Below are positions 10,247 through 19,124 of a stretch of DNA of 64,000 bases, piece by piece. Below the pieces are notes generated by a model. That model had not been told where the DNA came from. It ran no database searches and saw nothing but the letters and a program-made list of their open reading frames with translations. The stretch comes from an uncultured Gemmatimonadales bacterium. Lineage in GTDB: Bacteria; Gemmatimonadota; Gemmatimonadetes; Gemmatimonadales; GWC2-71-9. Position numbers and translations under genes: made by a program. How positions within the stretch are numbered: position 1 is the first letter of the stretch; each line of letters begins with the position of its first letter. The stretch is taken from the NCBI GenBank assembly GCA_963828735.1, contig CAWHFW010000005.1, positions 1,632,001 through 1,696,000 of the forward strand, written 5' to 3'.

Positions 10247-10603
10247 GTTCTCCTTTGGTCCGGCGAGGGGGTTTGATGGCCAGAGGTATCACCCAAGGGG
10301 TTTCCACGAGCTTCCGAGAGACCGCCGGGAGCGCCGTGCTTGAGCTGCCATGGTCTTCCGAGAGGCCTCGAGTTGAAGGTACGTGGCGCTGCGGCGGATT
10401 ACAGAGAGGAGGGTCAGGGCGATTCGTGCAACCTTGGACGCGGCAGCTGATTCGCATTCGTTAGGCACAAGTAAGGCGACCCGGGTCCGCCGAATGACGA
10501 TGATCTGCCGGTTGCTTGCGTGGGATAACACAGGGATAGCATCTGGGATGCCCGCGTCGACATCTCCGGATGCGCCGACGACTTCCGGCGGCGGACACTC
10601 GCG

Positions 10604-10645
10604 CTGAAAATCCGCGTGTCGGGGGTTCGATTCCCTCTCTGGCCA
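10604..10645 (+). repeat. tRNA-Phe 3'-end duplicate 2 (att-like)
   Basis: 42/42 identical to 6473-6514. Confidence 0.96.
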
Positions 10646-10779
10646 TTCTAAGTAAATCCCTCGCACCCAACCGCTTGCCCAAACTAGTGCTCCCCCGATA
10701 AGCGAAGGTTGCGACGTGGCTTACTAGCGTTCCCACGGCGCGGCAGGCACATTGCAGAACACCCCTACCTGGCCGTTCC

Positions 10780-13755
10780 GTGACCGCAGTAGTCCCACCG
10801 CTGGCCCAGGCCCTACGCGATCGCTACGTGCTCGAGAAGGAACTCGGGCGTGGGGGCATGGCCACGGTCTACTGCGCCCGTGACCTCCGACACGACCGGC
10901 TGGTCGCCCTCAAAGTTCTCCATCCCGAGCTCGCGGCGACACTGGGCCCCGAGCGCTTTCTCCGCGAGATCCGACTCACCTCCCGCCTGCAGCATCCGCA
11001 CATTCTTCCAGTCTTCGACTCCGGCGAGGCAGCAGGCCAGCTCTGGTACACCATGCCCTACGTCCGTGGAGAGTCGCTCCGGGATCGCCTGCGGCGGGAG
11101 GTTCAGTTGCGCATGGACAGCGCACTGGACCTCACCAAGCAGGTGGCGGACGCCCTCGGATACGCCCACAGGCAGGGCATCGTCCACCGAGACGTCAAGC
11201 CGGAGAACATCCTGCTCGAAGGCGAGCGCGCCGTTGTAGCAGATTTCGGCATCGCCCGGGCGCTGGACCTGGCCGGGGGCGAGCGACTCACCCAGACGGG
11301 CCTGGCTCTGGGAACGCCCTCGTATATGAGCCCGGAGCAGGCAGTGGGGAGTCCTGCGGACGCGCGGAGCGACATCTATTCCTTGGGATGTGTGCTCTAC
11401 GAGATGCTTGCAGGCGAGCCGCCGTTCACCGGTCCGACCGCCCAAGCGATCCTGGCCAGGCGACTGAGCTCCCCGGTTCCCACTCTCCGCACCGTTCGGG
11501 AAACCGTGTCCCCGGCGGTCGAGCGGGCGATCGAAGTCGCGCTCGCCAAGGTGCCGGCCGACCGGTTCGCAACGACCGGCGAGTTCGTTGCGGCGCTGTA
11601 TGCGGCCGGCCCGAGCGATGCAAAGCCCTCAGCTGCCGTCCGCGGCATCCCGCGGCGCTGGGCCGCTATCGCGGCAGGGATCGCCGTTGCCGTAGTCGCG
11701 GCTGCTCTCGCCCTGCAGCGGTGGTCAACGCCAGCCATCCACCCGGATACCCGCCTGGTAGCCGTGGTTCCGTTCCGGATCGCGAGCAGCGACTCCTCGC
11801 TCGCTTACCTCCACGAAGGCATGGTCGACCTTTTCGCGGCGAAGCTCAACGGAGAGGGAGGCCCGCAGTCGGTGGACCCTCGCTCAACCATACGGCTTTG
11901 GCGCGCTGCAGCCGAAGGAAGAGCCGACTTGCCGGAAGCGGAGGTTCTGCGCCTGGCGCGGCGGCTCGGGGCGGGCCGGCTTTTGACCGGCAGCGTGATC
12001 GGAACATCCGAGCGGCTGGTGCTTAGCGCCGCCGTGCTCGACGTAGCCACCGGCAGGACACAGCTGCAGGCGACCGTGGACGGACGCTACGACAGCCTGC
12101 CATATCTGGTCGACCGGCTTACGGGCCAGCTGTTGGCGCTCGGAGCGGCGGTCCAATCCCAGCGGCTCAGCAGCCTGACCAGCACGTCCCTCCCCGCCAT
12201 TCGCGCTTACCTGGCCGGCCAGGCGGCCTTTCGGAACGGCCGGTTCGAGGAAGCGGTCCAGCGGTTCAACGAGGCTACCCAACTGGACTCCACATTCGCC
12301 CTGGCAGGGATGGAGTTGGCGCACGCGGCGGGTTGGCTGATCAGCGGAGGTGAGGATGCGGAAGCGCGGGGACTGAGACTCGCTGTGGCCGGCCGCGAGC
12401 GTCTCGGCCAGGGCGACCGCGCGCTGCTGGAGGTCAGCAGCGGGCAGTGGTCCGGCGCTCCTGACATGTTTCAGAAGTGGCACGCCGCCGCCTCCGCCTA
12501 CCCGGAACGCCCCGAAGTGTGGTACGGCCTAGGGGACTCGTATTTCCACTGGGGCCTGCTGGCCGGCATGAGCGACCCGTTGCGGCGTGCCGGCGAAGCC
12601 TTCCGCCGAGGCTGGGTGCTCGACTCTAGCAGCACTAGCGATTCCATGCTTCCCAGGCAGTCTCCGGTGTTGGCCGAGCCACTGGGTCACATGATCGAAC
12701 TAGCTCAGATCGCGGGAGATACTGCTGAGGTCCGCAGGCTCGTCGCGCTAGGCTTGGCGGTGGATTCGACCAACCGGTATCTCCAATGGCACCTGGCCGT
12801 CAGCCTGGGCGACTCGGCACGGCGAGCGTTCTGGGCCAGGCCCGATCTTCCCGACGGGGTCTTCAGCATTATTGGCATGTTCACCTCCTGGACCGGAATC
12901 GCCGCCAGCGACGGCGCGCGCGCGAGAACCGAGGAGGTTCGTCGATTGAGGCGCAAGAACCCAGACTTCGCCGGGTTCCTTGAGCGCGGAGTGGCGCTGA
13001 ACGCCGGCCGCCCGAAGGAAGCGTATCGCCATCTCGACGAGCGGCATGCGCCGACCAGGCAAGTGCTTCAGTTGCAGGTCTTAGACGCCCTCTATTGGGG
13101 CGGGGACACCAGCGCGGCCGTCGAGGCCGTCCGCCGGCTCAGGCCCTTTGCCGAGGCAGGTTCAATGCGCGGGGACGAAGCACGAGAGCGATACCACGCT
13201 CTCTGCGTCGTGGCTCAGTGGCGCCTCGCGCGCGGTGAGACCCAGGGTGCCGACCTGGCGATCCGGCGGCTCCGCGCCACCACCGTACCCGGACTCGCCT
13301 CGGCCGATTCGGCAGAGTTCGCCCGCTACGCCGCCCTCTGCGCCGCCGTTGCCGAGGCGCTGCAGGCCGCGGCGCTCCGTCGGCCGGACGTCCGGATGCG
13401 GACCGAACGGCTCGACTCCCTCGCCCGGACCTTCATCTTCGAGGTCTGTTGTGGGCAGTCGGTTCCAGGAGTGAACCTGGTCCTTGCACATCTTTGGGAA
13501 GCGCAGGGAGATCTCCCTCGCGCGCTCCAGGCGGTGCGCCGGCGCGCAGCGGGCTACGGGCTCACCCCGAAGCTCATGTCCACCTTCTTGCGCGAGGAAG
13601 GCCGCCTCGCCGCGTTGGCGGGCGAACGTGGGGAGGCCATTCGAGCCTACCAGCATTACCTGGCGCTGCGGCCCGATCCCGAGCCATCAGTCAAACCCGA
13701 GGTCGAGCAGGTGCGGGCGGACCTGGCCGATCTGATCGGCGAGCAGGGCAAGTGA
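10780..13755 (+). CDS. Membrane-anchored Ser/Thr protein kinase with an extracytoplasmic helical/TPR region
   Basis: LGRGGMATVY, VALK, HRDVKPEN, DFG, GTPSYMSPEQ; TM helix; C-terminal TPR-like repeats. Confidence 0.93.
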   Translation: MTAVVPPLAQALRDRYVLEKELGRGGMATVYCARDLRHDRLVALKVLHPELAATLGPERFLREIRLTSRLQHPHILPVFDSGEAAGQLWYTMPYVRGESLRDRLRREVQLRMDSALDLTKQVADALGYAHRQGIVHRDVKPENILLEGERAVVADFGIARALDLAGGERLTQTGLALGTPSYMSPEQAVGSPADARSDIYSLGCVLYEMLAGEPPFTGPTAQAILARRLSSPVPTLRTVRETVSPAVERAIEVALAKVPADRFATTGEFVAALYAAGPSDAKPSAAVRGIPRRWAAIAAGIAVAVVAAALALQRWSTPAIHPDTRLVAVVPFRIASSDSSLAYLHEGMVDLFAAKLNGEGGPQSVDPRSTIRLWRAAAEGRADLPEAEVLRLARRLGAGRLLTGSVIGTSERLVLSAAVLDVATGRTQLQATVDGRYDSLPYLVDRLTGQLLALGAAVQSQRLSSLTSTSLPAIRAYLAGQAAFRNGRFEEAVQRFNEATQLDSTFALAGMELAHAAGWLISGGEDAEARGLRLAVAGRERLGQGDRALLEVSSGQWSGAPDMFQKWHAAASAYPERPEVWYGLGDSYFHWGLLAGMSDPLRRAGEAFRRGWVLDSSSTSDSMLPRQSPVLAEPLGHMIELAQIAGDTAEVRRLVALGLAVDSTNRYLQWHLAVSLGDSARRAFWARPDLPDGVFSIIGMFTSWTGIAASDGARARTEEVRRLRRKNPDFAGFLERGVALNAGRPKEAYRHLDERHAPTRQVLQLQVLDALYWGGDTSAAVEAVRRLRPFAEAGSMRGDEARERYHALCVVAQWRLARGETQGADLAIRRLRATTVPGLASADSAEFARYAALCAAVAEALQAAALRRPDVRMRTERLDSLARTFIFEVCCGQSVPGVNLVLAHLWEAQGDLPRALQAVRRRAAGYGLTPKLMSTFLREEGRLAALAGERGEAIRAYQHYLALRPDPEPSVKPEVEQVRADLADLIGEQGK

Positions 13756-13913
13756 GCAACAAGATTCACGCGGCCTCATGCACCTGGACATAGGCTCGCA
13801 GCAACATCCGCAGATCAGAGGTCGGTGACAGCGCATGAGCCTTACGTTGAGAGCGGTGGCCGAGCTGCCGCCTTGCCGTACCACTTCGAGTGGACACTGC
13901 AGGGAGAGGTCTC

Positions 13914-16900
13914 ATGAACACTCTCGGGACCAAGCTCGTCCTCATCGTGACGGCATGGCCGATGGCGGCCGATGGCCTCGCCGCCCAGGGAGTCACCACC
14001 GCAGCGCTGTTCGGGACGGTGACGGGTTCCGATTCCACCGCGCTCGAGGATGCCGTCGTCACGGTGACCAACACCGCTACCGGCGAGCGATGGCAGACTG
14101 CTACCCGTGCCCGCGGCAGCTACGTCTTCGAGTATCTGTCGGTCGGCGGCCCCTACCTCCTCGAGGCCCGGGCCATCGGGTTCTCGCCAGGGCAGGGACC
14201 GGCGATCCTGCTCTCGTTGGGCGAGCGGCGCCGGGCCGATCTCTCCCTGACGGCAGCCATCGTCGAGCTGCCTGAGATCGCAGTCTCCGCGGCGGTCGAC
14301 CCGCTGGTGAACCCGGCACGCACCGGGCCCGCGCAGACCATCGGCGACTCACTGATCTCGCGAATGCCGATCCGGAGCCGGGACTTTTCTCAACTAGTCT
14401 ACCTCTCCCCGCAGGCCGTGCTCGACGCCGTCGGGCGGTGTGTCCATCGCCGGGCAGTCGGACCGGCTCAACGGCTTCCAGATCGACGGTGCCACCAATC
14501 TCGACCTCACCGGATTCGCGGGTGGCGGCGGCTTCGGCACGCCGGCCGCGAGCAGCGGGGTGCGCACTCTCTCGGTCGAGGCGCTGCGGGAGCTGCAGAT
14601 CCTCTCTGCGCCGTTCGACGTGCGCTTTGGCACCTTCGCCGGTGGACTGGTGAACGCGGTGACCCACTCGGGCTCGAATCGCTGGGCGGGATCGCTCTCC
14701 GGCTACTTCGAGGACAAGGCGCTGACGGGGCGGGACTCGACCGGCCTCCGGGCGGAGGACTTCAGCACCAAGGAGTTCGCCTTCACGCTGGGCGGACCGA
14801 TCGTGCGTGACCGCGCCGCGTTCTTTCTGGATCTCGGACTGCAGCGAGACGTCATCCCGCAGGCGACACCCAGCATCGGTAGCGACACCACCGGTGGCGC
14901 CGACTCGGCCGGGGTGGGAATCCGCTACGCCAGCGCGGTGCGGTTCCAGGAAATTCTTCGGAACACGTACGGCGTTGAAGCGGGGAGCTTCGCCGCAGCG
15001 CCCGCGCGCCGTGCCGAGCGGGAATCTCTTCGCCAAGGTGACGCTGCTGCCCGCGGTGAACAACCGGCTGGAGCTGTCCTACAACTACGGCGCACGGGAA
15101 CCTGGAATTCCCCGTCGACCGGAGGCCCTACCAGGCCTACGCGCTCTCCTCCAACGGGAGTCATGGCCCCGGGCACGGTCAACGCCACCCGGCTCACCTG
15201 GACGATGGCGCGCGGAAGCCGGCTCTCGAACGAGCTCAACGTGGCCTATCTCCGGGTGCGTGAGGAGGAGCGCTGCCTGTCATCGAGCCCCTATTCCGAG
15301 GTCGAGGTGCGGGCCGACGAAAGCTTCCTGGTGGCGGGAGACGGCTTTAGCTGCACCGTGAACTTCTCCGACCAGGACGTCTGGGAGCTGACCGACAACC
15401 TGTCGTGGTTCCAGGGCGAGCATCAGCTCACGTTCGGTACCCACAACGAGCTGATCCGTACCCGGCGGCTAACCCAGATCCAGCCGCTGGGGCACTGGGA
15501 GTTCGCCAGCCTGGACTCCCTGCAGGCCGGACTGCCGGAGCTCTACTTCGGAAGCGTCCCGAACCCGCTCCAGCCGGAGGGCGCGGAGTCGGACCTGGGA
15601 ATCAACCAGCTCGGGCTTTACATCCAGGATCAGTGGGCCGCGACCCCAAGTCTCACCCTGACGGCTGGCCTGCGGATGGACGTGCCCTTCGTGACCTCGA
15701 GCCCGGTGAGGAATCCGCTACTCCAGTCGGAGCTGGGGATCGACAACACGCTCACACCAAGCGGGAACACCCTCTGGTCACCCCGGCTCGGGTTCAGCTA
15801 CGACCTCGGTGGCAAGGGATTCCTCCGGGGTGGGGTGGGGGTGTTCTCCGGCCGGCCGGCATACCACTGGATCAGCTCGGTATACGGCGCCACCGGACTC
15901 AACGCGTCCGATCTCTCTTGCGAAGGCCCGGACGTTCCCGCGTTTACCCTCGACCCCGACAACCAGCCCAGCACCTGCGGGAGTGGCGCCATCCCGGTCG
16001 TGGCCGAAGTAAACTACTTCGACCCTTCGTTCCGCTTCCCTCAGACCTTCCGCGCGGCGCTCGGCACCGACCTCCGGCTGCCCTGGGGAGTGGTGGGGAC
16101 AGTGGACCTGCTGTACGTGCGCGGGATGAACCAGATCTACCTGACCGACGTAAACCTGGTGCCGACCGGCACAGCCGACGGCGAGAATGGCCGGCAGCTG
16201 TATGGCGCGCTCGATCCGGACAGCGGCACCGCGACGCCCAACAGGCGGAGCGCCGACTTCGGGCCCGTAATCGAGGTGCGCAACTCCAGTGGGGAGCGCT
16301 CCTACGTGGCTACCGCCCAGCTCCAGAAGCGCTTCGCCGGGGGCGCGGAACTCGGTGTGGCCTACACTTACACCGACAGCAAGGACCGGCTGTCGGCCGC
16401 GGCGGACTTGGCGTCCTTGAACATCGGCAGGGTCAACATCCTCGATGGGCCCCTGGACCAGAGGCGACTGGCGGTGTCGATGTACAGCGTGCCTCACAAG
16501 ATCACCCTGGTCGGGGCCCTCGACCTTCCGTACCGGTTCCGGTTCTCCCTGTTCTACAGCGGGTTCTCGGGTGCCCCCTACACTTACCGCATTTCCGGTG
16601 ATGCTAACGCGGACGGGGTGACCGCGTTTGGGGGGCCGACGTTCAACGACCCCGTGTACGTGCCCCGGGACGCGGCCGACATCACGCTGAAGGACCCGGG
16701 CCAGTGGGAGGCGCTGGACAGTTACATCGAGAGCCAGCCGTGTCTGCGGGAACAGCGGGGGCAACTGCTGCGGCGAAACAGCTGCCGAGACCCGTGGGTG
16801 TCGGTCATGGACGCGCGGTTCTCGAAGGCCATCCCCACCGCGAGCGGGCAGTCGATCGAACTGATCGCCGACCTCTTCAACGTCCTGAACTTTCTCGATG

Positions 16901-17070
16901 GTGATTGGGGGGTCCGGCGGTTCATCGGGGAAACTCGGATCCTGAGGCTGGTCGGCTATGACGCGGCGAACGGCCGCGGGATCTACGCGTTCGACACTCA
17001 GGATCCCAACATCCGTGATCACGAGGCCACCCGCTGGCGGATGCAGCTCGGGGCGCGGTACACGTTCTAG
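13914..17070 (+). CDS. TonB-dependent receptor with an N-terminal carboxypeptidase-regulatory-like domain; several frameshifts (about 14430 and about 15000-15160)
   Basis: GGAGAGG RBS; signal peptide; APFDVRFGTFAGGLVNAVT, FTLGGPIVRD, YIQDQW, terminal QLGARYTF; GNLFAKVT...LELSYNY lies in another frame. Confidence 0.85.
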
Positions 17071-18401
17071 CCAGCGTTACCACGGTGACGCGGAGAGCCT
17101 GGAGGAGCTGAAGCCGCTCCGGCAGCTATCAAAAAGGCCAGGAGCGGGATGGCGATCGCGTAAACGTACTGCGTCCGCGACACGCCGATGCCGAACGGAA
17201 ACCAGATGCCCGGCACGCCGATCGTATCGAGCAGCTCGCCGCCGAATAGCCCGACCATAATCGAGGCTAACGTGACGAGCGCCAGGATCTGCATTGGTCC
17301 GCTGCGGACAATGCGCGCGCCTATCACGACAAACAGCGCGATCGACCCGAGCCGGCTGCCACTTGTCACACTCGCCGAATGGGTCATGGCGCCGAAAATC
17401 CCGGCGCCCGCCAACGCCACAGCCGACACATCGATGCCTCGCCAGGGACGTCGGCACCAGCGGTTCCAGGCCAACGTCCAGGCGGTCACCGCTGGCACCC
17501 ACATCACTGACGCCAGCCACGCATAGGTAGTCAGATCTACCAGATCGGTCCATGAGGCGATCGCATTGCTGAGGCGCCTGGCCGCGGTAAACGCAAGCGC
17601 GATGCTGGCAAAGATCCAGAAACCCTTGTGGCTGCTGCAAGACCGGCACCCCAGTGCCAAGCCGATGAGTGCCAACATGGCGATCGGCTCGATCACATCG
17701 ACGATGTAACCGGCGATGGTTCGCTCCCATTGCACACGGTGGAGCGCATCGCTTATCGGCCGCGGAGCCAGTATGGGCGCGCTGTGCATGCCGCCGCCGT
17801 CTGCGCTGACCCCGGAACTGGGAAGCATGTATGTGCGGACAGCGAGCACGCCACGGGCGCCCGCCGCATCGGCGGGAAGGGCGAACCGCAGCGGCCGCGT
17901 GCCGACTACGCGCGGGGCTGGGCCGAGCCTCCCCGACCCGCCTAGCCGTTGGCCGTTCCAATAGAGTTCGTAGCCGTCCTGGACGAGGGTCGGCCCGAGG
18001 ATATCCCACGACGCGCGTCCGGCCGGCACCGTCACCGCGCGCCGGTACCAGGCGTAGCCGTGATAGCCGGGATGACCGTACGCCATCCACCCGCCTACGT
18101 AATCGGGCAGACCCACGTCGCCGTCGTGGCTGCCCGGCAAGGCGGTCATATCGACAGTCTCCCAACCGCTATCGTCTGTATTGGCGTCCGCCCAGTGCGG
18201 GTCATCGCCGGTATGGAATCGCCAGGAGCCATCGAGCAGCGTAGCTGCGGCGCGCAGCGTCGGCGGATCAGGCCGGCCGCCGCTCGCCAAGTCGGCGATC
18301 ACGATGGCCAATGCCATCAGCGTCGCTATGACGATGCCGACGATCAGTTTGCGTTGTGTTCCGTCGATGGATGCCGTCGAAGATGTCGATTTGGGCATCA
18401 T
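17067..18401 (-). CDS. Membrane protein with a GH2-like sugar-binding jelly-roll domain and a multi-TM C-terminus
   Basis: LDGSWRFHTGDD, GYAWYRRAV, YELYWNGQRLG, followed by several hydrophobic helices. Confidence 0.75.
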   Translation of the reverse strand: MMPKSTSSTASIDGTQRKLIVGIVIATLMALAIVIADLASGGRPDPPTLRAAATLLDGSWRFHTGDDPHWADANTDDSGWETVDMTALPGSHDGDVGLPDYVGGWMAYGHPGYHGYAWYRRAVTVPAGRASWDILGPTLVQDGYELYWNGQRLGGSGRLGPAPRVVGTRPLRFALPADAAGARGVLAVRTYMLPSSGVSADGGGMHSAPILAPRPISDALHRVQWERTIAGYIVDVIEPIAMLALIGLALGCRSCSSHKGFWIFASIALAFTAARRLSNAIASWTDLVDLTTYAWLASVMWVPAVTAWTLAWNRWCRRPWRGIDVSAVALAGAGIFGAMTHSASVTSGSRLGSIALFVVIGARIVRSGPMQILALVTLASIMVGLFGGELLDTIGVPGIWFPFGIGVSRTQYVYAIAIPLLAFLIAAGAASAPPGSPRHRGNAG

Positions 18402-18795
18402 GCCATGATCTCATCGTCGGGTTTTCGATGTCGGCAAACAGGCTACTACTGGTAACTACGCAGGTCGCCGCCTTAACGTGCCACACGGCGCCGAATGTGT
18501 TCTCGCCGTCTCTGAGCGACAAGAGATCCTAGAGCAGTCCGGGTATGCCCGGAGGCCTGCCCCAAGCTGCCTGCGCGATATGTCGCTCGCGGGAAAGCGA
18601 CCTTCATTTCTTGATCACCTTGGCGAGATGTGATCAACTTGGCGAGCACTCTATTTCGCAGCCATTGTCGTGGCCAGGGGTCTGCATGTGAGCAGGGCGC
18701 CGAGGTCAATCCGCTAGCCAAAGCACAGTTTCGTGTGCCCCCGGATAGCGCCGGGAGAATGGGGGTTCGAGGGCGGGCTCGGACTCGTGTGCTAG

Positions 18796-18817
18796 GTACC
18801 TGATTAGTACTGAACTC
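18796..18817. repeat. Tandem GTAC(C)TGA repeat, 11-bp period
   Basis: GTACCTGATTA-GTACTGAACTC, 137 bp upstream of att copy 3. Confidence 0.5.
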
Positions 18818-18932
18818 AACCTATCTGGAGAGTTCTGAGGAGTTCTAGGCGGATTCAGTTGAAGGCGTATATCGTTACTGGGGAGGTCTTAAAGGTTCTC
18901 AAAGAGTGCTCAAGCGAGCGGCAACTAACGCC

Positions 18933-18974
18933 CTGAAAATCCGCGTGTCGGGGGTTCGATTCCCTCTATGGCTA
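18933..18974 (+). repeat. tRNA-Phe 3'-end duplicate 3 (att-like)
   Basis: 40/42 identical to 6473-6514. Confidence 0.93.
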
Positions 18975-19096
18975 TTCGCGTAAAGCAACGAGCCGTCATC
19001 GCTTGGATTTGGGATCGGTCGCTCTTCAAATTCGCCCGCCGGTCGTGACACCGCCTCCCTCCTGCGAGGCGTTTCATGGTCGACAGGCCGCCCCGC

Positions 19097-19124
19097 TTGA
19101 CTCCCACCCCATCCAACCTATAGT
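19097..19124 (+). promoter_or_regulatory. Putative sigma70 promoter for the GH20 gene
   Basis: TTGACT-16 bp-TATAGT. Confidence 0.4.

Larger units (their letters stand above)
8218..10645. mobile_element. tRNA-Phe cassette 2 (about 2.4 kb)
   Basis: Lies between att copies 1 and 2; carries an MTase remnant, a histone-like repeat gene and HicB/DUF983. Confidence 0.7.
10604..18974. mobile_element. tRNA-Phe cassette 3 (about 8.3 kb)
   Basis: Lies between att copies 2 and 3; GTACCTG pair at 18796. Confidence 0.6.

Noticed and set aside
10224..10457. Candidate hicA toxin upstream of the HicB-like domain
   Set aside because: The translation lacks the HicA G-S-H motif and the typical dsRBD-like pattern.
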